Assembly (NCBI GenBank): GCA_012026655.1
Contig: JAAILG010001533.1
Span: 1-64,000 of the forward strand
DNA: 64,000 nucleotides
Direction of reading: 5' to 3'
Source: Hydrolagus affinis
Lineage: Eukaryota
Of the stretch, positions 40,601 to 51,943 are shown piece by piece (the stretch's first letter is position 1; each line of letters opens with the position of its first letter). Both the position numbers and the translations under genes were made by a program. The notes beneath the pieces were generated by a model. It was not told the origin of the DNA. It made no database searches and saw only the letters and a list, made by a program, of their open reading frames with translations.

Positions 40601-43600
40601 AATTAGTGTCTTATATCAAGTTAGCCTTAACTAGCTCCTAATTATAGCACCCGGGGCAAAACACCAAAAAACACTTGGTTCTAAGAGGTACAGTAAAGGG
40701 TTTGTTTATAGTATCCTGTGGTCTGACTGCAATAGACAAACAATACAGATGATAGTTTGCAACAAAATGTTATTATGTTGTTAAATCTGAATCCTTTTAA
40801 ACCCAACTTTAAATTGAGAATAAGAACATGCAACAGGAAGCAGAAATCAAAATAATTTTAGTGTGTGCTCTGCACTTGCAAGTAATTATACCTTTAAAGA
40901 AGTCATATCCTGTTTGAAATCCTCTTCGTAAATTCGAGCAAGTACTGCAGGTGAAACATTCAACTGCAATCAAAAAATATAACTGAATCAATGTTAAAAG
41001 TTTCAATTAATCAGTTTTAAATTCAAACATGTATGAAAACCTCTTGTATTCACCTCATTTGCTCTTCGAATTATTTTGTCATCAATATCCGTGATAACCA
41101 TCACCATGACTATGTCAAGGCCAAACACTTTGGTTAATATTCTTCGGATGATGTCAAATCGAACATAGGAGCTAAATAAACAGTTTAAAAACAATAGCAT
41201 TAGTATAGTTTCCATTCTGAAATGAACAGCATAAGCAAACTCCAACTTCTTTCTTTAAAAGTATTAGCTTCTCTCATTTGTTATGATAATAATCCCTTCA
41301 TTTGATATAGCACTTTATCATGTCATCGAGACATCTCAAGGCATTTGTTTTGAACATGGAATAACAAATGAAGATATGTGAACAGGCATCCTTCCCTTCC
41401 CATAATTTTAACCAAAAAGGCGTGAACAGATCCTTCTGTATAGAAGATGGACGAGCTGGCAGGGTTGTGGAAATATAGGAGAATAGTGAGGGTCTTACAT
41501 ATTCAAGCCAGGAATCCCCAACTTTGAAACTGTCTTCCTCGTACTGGTCATCAGAACTCTCTCTGAAGCATACACTCAGTCAATGTTCCAGAGTGGAATT
41601 GTAGTTTCTATTCCATACAAAATGTGTCCCCTAGTGAGACAGATCCAGAGAACTACACTAATTTCAGCTAATCCTTATACTGATTTCAGTGGCTCTTAAG
41701 GTGGTGTTTGGGTAGTCACTGTACATGGATCACATGCATTGGAAGTTAGTGGGGACAGATTTGGTGTATCTGTTTATGGTTTTTTGACAGAAGTGCGGTG
41801 CTTCTGGCAAACACACCTACTGGGGATTTGGTGGAGACCATTATTTGTTTGGAAACTGTCCTGAATTATTGTGATACCCACATGAATCTGCAAACTAAAA
41901 CATGTCAGAATCCGGGCAGCGGAATTGAGTTTTAAACCAATCAACTCTGGGTGTTTATGGTGAAAATCTGTTTTAAAAATTCCTTAAGAATGCAACTAAA
42001 AGTAAACCCACAAACGTGGGTATGTGTATCACAAATACAGTGTTACAATGGTTTGTATTAATAAAATAATCCTTTCCTTTGATATAAACATTATCACAAC
42101 TTTGAGATGTCTCAAAGTGCATCACTAAATATACTGTAAAGTGAATTGACTGAATATTTTGTGGGCGAAACATGGCAGCCAATTGAGCACAGCAGTGTCC
42201 TGCACACTGATGGACGAATGACCAAATTATACATATTTATTTTAAAGGATTTATTATCCCCAGAAAAGCGATCCACCAATCGTCTAACAAGCGGGTTCCT
42301 ACTTACTGCAAGGTATACAGAGGCGTGTGGAGTAAGGAAACTCGCCCAATGTTTCGCTCTGCGAGGAATCTAACCCAGGCCTTTTCACTTTCAAGGCATG
42401 TGCTTTAACCATTAAGCTACATGATTGTTCTGGCAATGGGTATTCTGGCTGCAGTATTGGTGGGGAGGGTGGGGGCGAGAAAGAGGAATAATTATATGTA
42501 ATTAAAAATATAACTAGAAGATATAATAGGAAAATGGCATAGTCTCCAACAATGTCTAAAAGCTTTTTTTAAAAAAGGAAATTTTAAAAGAAATATGAAG
42601 AACAGGAATATACACGATAGGTTTATTGCAATTTAGTTATTCTTTCAAACAAAGCCAAACATACAAGGTATCCACAAAGTCCTCATGAACCCTATTATAA
42701 AACTGCAATGTGTGACTATGGATGAGCTAAATCAAACTGTCAGAGATGCATTTCGTCTCATCACTCCATTCGTGTTACGGAAGATGTCGTCCTGAACATG
42801 GCGACAGATGATTATTTGCCATTAAAATGATGTTGCCCACATCACCCATCTGGATTTCTAAATATAGTTAAGTACTTGTACTAAATGCAATCAAGAATCA
42901 AGTAAAGTACAGTACTTCTAAATATAATTAGCATTATTCTTCCATATGTTTTAGGTGTTGGTCAGTACACTGTGTTAAAAAAAAAATGAGGTTGACAGGA
43001 CTTTGTTATCCTGTACTTCAAGTAGTTGGGGGAAAAGGGTGTATTAACAACACAAGAAACATTCCTGCTTTAAGTTTGTGACCTGTCTCTGCAGTTGCAT
43101 GGAAATTATAATCTTTAATGTAAACCGCCCAGTGTTAGACACTTTAAAGAGTTATTTAAGTGAAAGGGGCAGCAACTTCACTTACTTAGTTTGATTTATT
43201 ATTCACGTTTAACATGCCTGCTAGACCTTAACAACAGCTGAGTGAAACTGCAGAAGCATTGAAAAAAGGGCTGTAAATTATTAAAAATGTATAAAACACT
43301 TGGGTTAGCTTACTCCCTTCCACAATTAAACATAGACAAGCTACACCATGTATTTTGTACAACATAAATATGAATGGTTAACTATTAAGCTGAAATAAAA
43401 TTTAAAAATGAATACAAAAGTCATTAAAATCAATATCCTTGTAAGGAGGATGTAGATCAATTATTTAATGGATTTTAATATTTTTGATTATTTTCAATGC
43501 TCCTACAGTTTATCACACTGGCCTGAATTAGCTTCTGTTAGTATGTGAGATTAGAAACAGAAAGCAGCAGTTACGCCCCCATTGGTGATTCACTAAATGC

Positions 43601-46600
43601 TGAAAAGGTATGAATAAACTCCACAGCAAATAGTCAGTTGGAGTTGTGAATGGAAATCTATAAAATTATACTAATTTTTGAAAGAGACCTCTAAGGCAAA
43701 GACAATGAGGATTATAGCTAATCCTTATAGAGATCCCATTTTTACTGGCAGTGAAGCAGATACTTCAAGTGGATTTACATCCAAACAATAAGCGACAATG
43801 ATGAAATAAAATCAGTAACTGACAAAAATGCATCTGTCTGCATAAACTCCTGGTAATGTTAAGTATAGGGTACCACAACAGAAATTATGTTATTAAATCA
43901 GGGTACATTAATGATTTCACAACAGTAAACCTGAGAGTAATTCTACTTTTCTTTACAATGTCACCTAAATTAATTTTATCTCTAAATGTTGGAAATATCC
44001 ATTTTCAAATGTAGTCCAAATTAGAAGAAATATGATGAACATTCAAGAACAGCAGTTATGCAGAATATTTTACACTGAATATCCCTTACCTTCTTGAAAT
44101 ACATTTTTAATTTTGCAATTGACTAATAGCCCATTTACAAATATTGGTCCCTAATAAGCATCTGATGTTAGTTATATGCAACATATATCTTATACCTGTG
44201 TTGTGAAAGTGTAACTTAACATGTATATCTCCTAGTAGGGAGTTCCATGACATTGGAAGAATGGAACATACAATAACATAATTGTACAACATAACAATTA
44301 AGAACAAGACTTATGTTTTAGTCTTACAAACTGCTCAAATAATTAAAGCACATAAATCTCGCCACTACTGTGTGCTAGCTTGGCTCATCTGGTAGCACTG
44401 TTGTCTGTGAGTCAGAAGATTGTAGGTTCAAGTCCCACATCATGTCTTGAATTCACATTGTCTTGGCTGACATTCCAATGTAGTGCGGGGGGTTCAATTG
44501 TCAGAGGCGACATCCTTTGGATGAGATATTAAACCGAGCTAACACCTGTCTGTTGAGGTTGGATGTTAATGATCCCATGCATTATTCAAAAATCAAAGGG
44601 AGTTTCACCTGGTGTCCTGGCCAAAAGCCTCCCTTATAGATTAAAAACACCACGCATTTACTTTGTAATTACATACAAACATACAGTAAAAAGCTATTTT
44701 GCACCACAGAGAAATTATAATCTTAATGTACATTTAGTTGTTCCTTGAGTATGTTGATTGAATATTAAAGCAAATAAACAGTCCATCTTCTGTTATTATT
44801 GCTGCATTAAACTGCATTAAGCAATGTTTTGCAATCTGGAAAACTGTCTAATCATTTTGTACGTATTTTCCAAATAGGTTGTGCTCCAGGTATTCTACGT
44901 TATGTGAAGAACACTTTACATATTCAAGTTGCTGTTGCAGCATTGTAGCTTTAGGATACTTCAGATCTTTGACCTGTTTCACATCATTCATTCAACAGAA
45001 TGGAGAGGAAAAGAACAATTGATTGCAGAACATGAAAAATCTACCTATCTTCTTCTATCTACACTAATAAAACAACACTCACTGTCTACCTGCGAGTCAG
45101 CCAAGATCTCAATAACCAATTAATGCAGAGACATGATTTATACCGCATTGGAAAGGGTTTGCATTTGGGAGTGCCATGGGCATATCAATTCCCAGCATTG
45201 GGAGTTATGACCCAAACAAGTTCATCATACAAGTACGGTACTGCAGTTTTGCCCTGCAGTTACACCTGCAGTTACTGGGAGTTGGTGGCCACGCCAGCTC
45301 CCAGTAACCCAGGAGTCATTTACAAATCTTAGTCCCTAATAAGCATCTGAAGTTATTTACATGTACTATTCAGTCTGTGAAAGTGTACCTCAACATGTAT
45401 CTCTCCTAATAGGGACTTCCATGACATTTGAAGATGTACGCACGCAGGATGCACTCAGATGAAGCCAAGTGGTGGGAACAGGATAAAGATGCCTAAACAA
45501 ACATTAAGCCTTTCAAATGAAAAATGCCAGACCAAAAAGAGAAGGCCGATTAAATGAAACTGAAGAACAAAGAACAGCACGGCTACACTGCAATAACTTG
45601 AGGAGCTGCTATATCACACAAGAAACACCTTTAGTTCTTTAGTTACTAGAGATTTGATAAAATCTTCTATGAGCTATGATACAACAACAACAACTTTGAT
45701 AACATCTTCTGTCTTTCAGGAGTTATGACCCAAACAAGCTCATTAAACATATATGGCAATTTTTAAATGGTATGTTAAATGGTATGTGAGTGGTATCACT
45801 GAAATCTACATTCCACATTGGATCCTTTGGTTGCAAACATAGCTGTAACGGGTACAGCTGGTGCTGTCAATGGAAGGTACAAGATGAATACCTATGACAT
45901 AAAAAAATCTCCACAAGCAAATCTAATTTGCTAACTGGTCATCTATGATTAATATTCATCCTCACATGTACAAATATTCAATCATATTACTTGCCTGGCT
46001 ACATATAGCATTTCTAAAAGGTTTTTCAACTGAAAAACAAATTTCTAAATGAGTAATTTCTGAAAACACAACATATTTTGTTGTGATCTGCATCTATAGA
46101 AAAGCAAATATTTCTACTGGAATTTCCCATTCAACTATTATTGTATAAATGGAATTTATACCACTGATTTAGATGTTTTGAAGGTGATCAAAACATCATT
46201 AGGTTTAGAGTACTTATGGAAAAGTCAAGGAACAATTAAAGGTGAAGAAACTCACATGAGTTAATTTCAGTGAGTTAAAAGGGGTCCTAGCCAAGGTGAA
46301 CTAGAAAGAAAAATTAGCAGGTAAAACAGCTAACAGCAATGGGAAGCCTTGAAGGAGGAGATAGTTCAGCGACAGAACAAATACATTCCCACAAAAGGGA
46401 AAGGTGGGGCATCCAAACCTCCCTGAATATTGGGATTAAAATAAAACTGAAATAGAGGCTTGTATAGCGCTTTTTATGTCAAGGAGGCATTTATGATAAG
46501 TGTCAGGTCCAACATACTGAAGATAATCAATAGAATACAAAAAGTACAGAGAAGAATAGAGAAAAGAAATAAGCAGGGCAAACAGATTGTATGCGAAAAT

Positions 46601-49600
46601 ATTAGCAGGTAACATAAAAGGGAACCCTAAAGTATCTTAAAAGCATATAAAGATTAAAAGGTTAGTCAAAGGTAGGATGGGTCCAACTGGGGACCAAAGA
46701 GGAAATCTTATTGTGGAGGCAGAAGGCATGGCTAATGTAATGAATGAGTACGTTACATCTGTCTTCACAAAAGATGCAGTCAATGCCACAGTATTGGCAG
46801 TATGGTATTCTTTGAATACCATCAAAAAACAGTGGATACAGAACTGGCTGGTGACAGAAAGCAGAGAGTGGCAAACAGTTGTTTTTCTGATTGGAGGGAA
46901 GTGTCTAGTGGTGACCCCCAGAGGTCAGTATTGGGATAACTGTTTTGGTTTACATAAATGACCTGGACTGGGGTCTAGGGAGTACAATTTCTAAATTTGC
47001 AGATGATACAAAGCTGGGAAAAGTAGTAATCCGTGAGAAGGATAGTAGCCAACTGCAAGAGGATATAAACAAAACACACAATACTACAGATGCTGGGAAT
47101 CTGAAACAAAAACAAAAGTTGCTGGGGAAACTCAGCAGGTCAGGCAGCATCCATGGAGAAAGGAAAAAAAGTCAACGTTTCGGGTCTACAACCCTTCTGT
47201 TCTGACGAAGCATACAGGGATACTAGGCTTTTTAATTAGGGGCAAGGAATTCAAAAGTCAGGAAGGTATGATGAGCCTTTATAAAACATTGGCTAGGCCT
47301 CAACTGGAGAGGGTGCAAAGGAGATTTACCAGGATGGTACCAGGATTGAGGGGCTTCAGTTATCAGGAGAGGCTAGAGAAACTATGAGTATTCTCCTTGG
47401 AGCAGAGAAGATTAAGAGGAGATTTAGCAGAAGTTTTCAAAATTATCGAATAGGGCAAACAAAAATAAATTATTTCCACTGTTGAGTGGGTCGGTAACCT
47501 GAGGACACCAATTTAAACAACAACAAAATTACAGTATAGCTTTAAAATAGTTGTTAAAAGAAACACGGGTAGGTGAGGAGAATCAATTAATTAATTTGTT
47601 AATTAATTAATGAATTAAACACACACACAGCAAGTTGTTTAAGTGCTGAGTTGCCGCCCAGCATATAAGGTGCTATATAAATGCAAGTTTGTTGTTCGGA
47701 TCTGGAAAGCATTGCCTAAAAGGGTGGTAGAAGCCAATTTGATAACTTTTAATTTGAAATAGATAGTTATATGGGAAGGACAGGTTTGCAGGGCTATGGG
47801 AGAACAAAAGAGTGGGATTGATTTGGACAGCTCTTTACAAACAGCCGGCAAAGACACAATGGACTCAATGACCTCCTTCTGTGCTATATACTGTATTTCT
47901 GATTCTATGAAGATCTGATATTTGACAGGAAAACAGCATAAACTAGTGGACTAGGTTAGAAATACAGGTAGGCCCCACTTAACGTTGCTTCGGTCAATGT
48001 TGTTTCGCTATTACGTTGCTGATACATAGGGAACATACCGGTATATCCATTTAATATCGCGACGTTCGCTATTACGTCGTTCTCCAACAGGTGGAAACGA
48101 ACGTCTGTACTTTGGGTAGCGTAGGCTACCATCCAGTATTCTGCCGTAGCGTCCATTCTCAGTCTTAACGTCGCCATTTTAAGTTTGTGCGCAGGTGAGA
48201 TCGGTAATATTTTTTAATCTTGATTTATTTGTGCAATCCCCTATAAACATGAGTCAATAATGCCCGGGAAGTGAGTCTGGCAATAAAAAAAGCAGGAAAA
48301 CTATTACTCTCAAAATGAAATTAATGTTTTAATCCGTTTTGATGCCATGAGTGTTATGTTATTTAATTTTTAAAAAATATTTTACATTTATGAATGTACA
48401 TGTATTTCAACTTTTTTTTGTTGAAAATTTTGACAAAATTGTCCAAAATAACCCAACTCCAGTTTATACATTAATTCTTATGGAAAAAATGGGTTTGCTT
48501 AAAGTCGCACTTTTCAAGAACACAAGTAAGACGTTAAGCGACAACTAATTGTACCACAGACGTACAGAGTGTTTGTTTCATTGCAATGTTTTTCATTCAC
48601 ACACCACCATATACAATGCTATAATTTCCACATTTCAATAACAACTTGCATTTATACAAGGCCCTTCACGCGGGGGAGCATCTCAGAACATCACATTTTA
48701 CTTACTTTTATTTATGGATCAAAATTAAATTGGAACTTTAAAATTGCACCACACATTCAAAGCTGGTGTTTTTTTTTCCCTCTTGGCCTTCTCCCACAAA
48801 ATCCACTTTACAATAAATCCTGTGAAGCATTGAGATACCTCGACGATATAATGTGTTATATCAAATGCAAAGATTATTATTACTCACCCACTTGTCTAAC
48901 AACTTGCAGATTTTCCAAAAGCTATAAACCCCTGACTGAGAAGAAGTGAAAAGCTTGAACTCATAACATCTGAGCACATTTTCCCCACTGACTATGTATA
49001 AACACACCTACCTTGCATGCCCAAGGTGTGCATGGTCATACACTGTTGGTCCACAGCTGTACCTGTGTGTGGGCGGTGGGGAGAGAATAAACATTAGGAT
49101 CAATATTTTGTAAAACTATTAAGATCACGTTTCTTTACAATAAAATACAATTTTTTTTAAAATCCCGGATATACTGCAAAGATAATTAATATTTTCATCC
49201 ATTAAATAGTTGTTTTTGCAATTAGTCAGAGCCAAATTGTACAAATATATACTCGTGTAGAATAAAACTTATTTTAATGGAAAAACATTACTCCTAGAGC
49301 CTTCTTGATCTGTATGTCTTGCAACAGAACATTAATGATTTAGTTTAAGAAATACCTTAACTCTACATATTTACTGCACTTTTTAAAGTTAGATTTATGT
49401 CTAGAGTTCCTTCTGAACTCGTGCTCAATTAATAACGTTTTGAGATATGGCAGTCGTTTTCTCTCCCCAAATCTAGAGTATGGTTCACTGGCTTTAATCT
49501 CTTTTTTTTTAAATGCATCTAATATCTATTGACAACAGATAATATAAATGCTGTAAAGTGCAAGTAATGTAAGGGGACAGTACCAGGTTGCTGATCTCGA

Positions 49601-49894
49601 ATCGGCAAGTACCAAAGGTTCTTTACTTCGAGTGAGACTGTTGTACACCTTTATGTCTGTTTCATGACCTTTGGGTGTTTGCCATGTTTTCTTCAGTCCC
49701 GCTTGTGCCGAACAGGGTCTCACAGAAAAATGATCTGAACAACAGGGCACTTTTGGTCGCAAAAGCAACTCGTTTCCACGAACAATATTTCTCCTTGATA
49801 AAGAGCCACCATTAAAGGATCTAAACAGACATCTTGCAACAGTCACGTTGGCGCTCGACCTCAAGTGTGTATGCAAGGCTTTCAATTTCGACAT
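19574..49894 (-). CDS. CARS2: mitochondrial cysteinyl-tRNA synthetase, spliced CDS, 610 aa
   Basis: complement(join of 15 exons, 1833 nt); motifs [12 protein letters not shown] (HIGH), [34 protein letters not shown]; all GT-AG and phase-consistent. Confidence 0.96.
21620..21945 (+). mobile_element. L2 LINE fragment
   Basis: atcacccccattcttgcccggcttcactggctcccc ([12 protein letters not shown] motif). Confidence 0.8.
21948..22110. mobile_element. Penelope-type terminal-repeat element with inverted hammerhead-like motifs
   Basis: ctcagcaggccaggcagcatctatggaga followed by a palindromic CTGAnGA..(G/A)AAAC(G/A)TTGA pair. Confidence 0.65.
22455..23407 (+). mobile_element. L2 LINE, 5'-truncated (ORF2 C-terminus and tail)
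   Basis: [39 protein letters not shown]; cttcactggctccct; (ttg)n tail. Confidence 0.9.
24757..25017 (-). CDS. CARS2: CARS2 coding exon 14
   Basis: tcag|[30 protein letters not shown]...[24 protein letters not shown]|gttagt. Confidence 0.93.
25865..25963 (-). CDS. CARS2: CARS2 coding exon 13
   Basis: gcag|[33 protein letters not shown]|gtgagg. Confidence 0.94.
27536..27659 (-). CDS. CARS2: CARS2 coding exon 12
   Basis: gcag|[41 protein letters not shown]|gtaaca. Confidence 0.95.
28130..28990. mobile_element. two L2 3' fragments in opposite orientations (28130-28410 on -, 28800-28990 on +)
   Basis: LHWLP and PKLWNSL motifs; L2 tails. Confidence 0.7.
29948..30086 (-). CDS. CARS2: CARS2 coding exon 11
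   Basis: gcag|(A)[45 protein letters not shown](R)|gtatgg. Confidence 0.95.
30193..30259 (-). CDS. CARS2: CARS2 coding exon 10
   Basis: tcag|[22 protein letters not shown]|gtatga. Confidence 0.95.
30688..31050 (+). mobile_element. tRNA-derived SINE, long subfamily
   Basis: head ttagagcactcgcctcacaag, internal agtaggaac..gttgttagtcga segment, (tta)n tail. Confidence 0.8.
31524..31706. mobile_element. Tigger/pogo-like MITE remnant
   Basis: inverted termini tataaccggcac / gtgccggataaa..ttttactg|ta. Confidence 0.55.
31985..33325. mobile_element. inverted SINE pair (31985-32247 on +, 33010-33325 on -)
   Basis: same SINE family in opposite orientations. Confidence 0.8.
33633..33700 (-). CDS. 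CARS2: CARS2 coding exon 9 (KMSKS)
   Basis: ttag|(G)[22 protein letters not shown]|gtaaaa. Confidence 0.96.
33766..33902 (+). mobile_element. Penelope-type mini-element with hammerhead-like core and 14-bp TSD
   Basis: CTGACGA-agagtcatggacct-GAAA; flanking direct repeat aacctaaaatatct (33754-33767, 33903-33916). Confidence 0.7.
34728..34861 (-). CDS. CARS2: CARS2 coding exon 8
   Basis: gcag|[44 protein letters not shown]|gtatgc. Confidence 0.96.
35289..35418 (-). CDS. CARS2: CARS2 coding exon 7
   Basis: atag|[42 protein letters not shown]|gttaaa. Confidence 0.95.
36676..36759 (-). CDS. CARS2: CARS2 coding exon 6
   Basis: ttag|(G)[27 protein letters not shown]|gtatgt. Confidence 0.95.
37875..37980 (-). 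CDS. CARS2: CARS2 coding exon 5
   Basis: gcag|[35 protein letters not shown]|gtgagt. Confidence 0.96.
38055..38420. mobile_element. SINE with an oppositely oriented SINE nested inside
   Basis: + fragment 38055-38130, - fragment 38132-38315, + tail 38350-38420. Confidence 0.75.
38705..38867. mobile_element. Penelope-type mini-element, internally inverted, with 16-bp TSD
   Basis: flanks gatcaaatgactgttg / gatcaaattactgttg; cactcagtaggtcaagcag..ctgcctgacccgctgagtg inversion. Confidence 0.7.
40892..40963 (-). CDS. CARS2: CARS2 coding exon 4
   Basis: gcag|[24 protein letters not shown]|gtataa. Confidence 0.95.
41054..41171 (-). CDS. CARS2: CARS2 coding exon 3
   Basis: ttag|[39 protein letters not shown]|gtgaat. 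Confidence 0.96.
42058..42420 (-). mobile_element. tRNA-derived SINE, long subfamily
   Basis: full-length reverse copy with the extra internal segment. Confidence 0.82.
44375..44640 (+). mobile_element. older Deu-domain SINE (SacSINE1/AmnSINE1-like)
   Basis: tRNA-like head plus ggatgagatattaaaccgag..gatcccatg..ggtgtcctggccaa core; related fragments near 11700, 13005 and 36165. Confidence 0.65.
46180..47910 (+). mobile_element. degenerate CR1 LINE with nested Penelope-type element (about 47070-47210)
   Basis: [19 protein letters not shown] motif; aggcctcaactggag and gtgcaaaggagatttaccaggatg; ..ttctatga-type tail. Confidence 0.85.
47965..48551. mobile_element. Tigger/pogo-like non-autonomous DNA transposon
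   Basis: TA|caggtaggccccacttaacg ... cgttaagcgacaactaattg|TA; imperfect TIRs and TA target. Confidence 0.65.
49012..49062 (-). CDS. CARS2: CARS2 coding exon 2
   Basis: acag|[16 protein letters not shown](S)|gtaggt. Confidence 0.96.
49584..49894 (-). CDS. CARS2: CARS2 coding exon 1 (presequence and start of catalytic domain)
   Basis: [10 protein letters not shown]...[33 protein letters not shown](W)|gtactg. Confidence 0.88.
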
Positions 49895-50899
49895 TTCCGC
49901 ACTCCCACTAGACTATATGGTTTAGTTTATAAAGCGTCAGCCACGTACTAGTTACAGGAAGAAAACGTAAAAGCAGTACAGTATGGGTAACAGGTTTCAA
50001 TGACTAGACGACAGCAGCAAAGTCACTTTCTGCAAATAATATCTGCAAGTCAATGCTTTCAGCTGCCAATCAGGTCTGAGCCGGGATCCTCCACACTGCG
50101 TGTGAACGTGGAGCAAGCGAGACACAGCGGGACAGAACGCCCATGTAAATCACATTGAAACACGGTCTCTCCCTCTGCAACCATTTGTTAGTGAAGGCCA
50201 GGCAGACACTGTCACCTCCCCGCCCCCACCATCCCTCCCTCAACACTCCTGCAATGTTCATCAGTTTCCTAGCCGGAAAAGGCGGAGTTAAACACACACA
50301 CACACACCACACACAGACAGACAGACATCTCCTCTCCTCCCCTCCCTCCCTCCCACCCCGGTGTAATTCCCAATCCCAACCCATCGAGCTGACTGTGTGA
50401 CAACCCTCAGAGCGTGGTTACAGGCAACACAGGCAACAGGCAACGGCAGGAAAGGGGAAGTGACTACATTACCAAGAGAATGACTGACTGACTGAGTGCC
50501 TTAGTAACGGCGTCAACCGCTGTGACATCAAAACAACTTCCCCCAGTAACAAAAGTGCATGTTGTGTGTGTGTGTAGAGGAGGGGGGGTGGGGGGCTGAG
50601 GGAGTGACTGTCAGACGAGCGGAGGCATGGCGCTGGTCTGCACTCCTCCTGAGAGCGGCCGTTTCTCTGTTGGTTGCTGACAAACTGACCATGACACTAA
50701 AGAGACAAAAACACACACAAACACTTTGCAGGGGCTACTCTACCCCCTCCACCCCCATCACTCACTCGCTCACACTCACTCACACACCCTCCTACCCCCC
50801 CCCCCTCAGTAACTAAACTGCTGCATGTGAACAAACTACACTCAAGGTTACTCTTAAAATCCTGCCGACGGTGACCTATGAACCTACTGCTTCCATTTC

Positions 50900-51700
50900 C
50901 CCGCTAATTTCAAATCTCACTCGCTGCAGCAACAACCCGAGCTGGGGAGAGAAGGAGGGAGGGCCTGACGGCTGGCTGGCTGCCTGCCGCGCTGCCTGTC
51001 GGGACCTGTAGTTTTCCTCGCTCACACTCCATGAGACTTCGCCGGCGGCGAACTACATCTCCCAGCAAGCTACGCGAGAGACCGGCGCCTCCTCTCCCAC
51101 TCTGCTGTTGACAACCCGCAGTTGACAATCTAAGTTGGATCAAAACGCTGGTCCCGCCTTCACCCCTTCCCGCCATTGGCTCGACATTTGTCGCCGCCCA
51201 TTTCCTCCTCAATTTTCGATTGGTCGCGAAGCCTGTCAATCAAGGCGCCGGTGCCGGCCCTCCGCACATCAAGTCCCTGTTAACCAATCAAGTTAGGTCT
51301 TATCCAGCGCACGGGGTTGGGTGGTGGGGGGGGGGGGGGTGAGAGAAAGGGGGGAAAAGATGTAGGGCTGAGTGCATGGAATCGTGTCGGGAACAAAATT
51401 ACTTCACAATCGGAGAGGGAAGGAAGGGGTGGAAAATAAGTAATGGTTGTCTGACGCCCCCCCCGCGGCCATTGCCGCCACCGCCGTTTGTCAAACAGTA
51501 ACTTCCCGGCCGAGCGGCGCGGAAAGGCGTCACAATGGTATGCAAATGAGGAGGAGGGGAGGGGGGGGGATTCTCTGCGCCTGCGCGTTGCCGGCCGAGT
51601 GTTTCCCAAGTGTTTGAAACTGGTTCGCTTTTTCCACGTTGGATCAAGTGCATCAGTATTTGGATCAGTTGCGAGGGAGGGAGTGAGTGAGTGAGTGAGT
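50900..51700. promoter_or_regulatory. CpG-rich bidirectional promoter between CARS2 and ING1
   Basis: ZNF143/SBS-like ACTACAnnTCCC motifs in opposite orientations (51001-51012 on -, 51052-51070 on +), CCAAT boxes (51175, 51219, about 51285), TGTCAATCA (51234), GC-rich stretches. Confidence 0.8.
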
Positions 51701-51943
51701 AAAGGAGGGAGGCTGGGCTGTCCGCCTGCCTGCCTGGGCACTCACACTGTGGAGGGGCTTCTCATTCACCTTTCCCTCTCCTGTTAAAGGGGTTCTCTGG
51801 AAACGGGCGGGCTCTAATTCTGCACACTTTCTTGACGGGCTCTCCCCCACCACCACTACTACCACACACACTAACTCCCCCTCCCACCTTCGTGGCAAAA
51901 AAAGTAGTGAGGGGGGAGAAAAACAACAAATGTAGCTTTGAAG

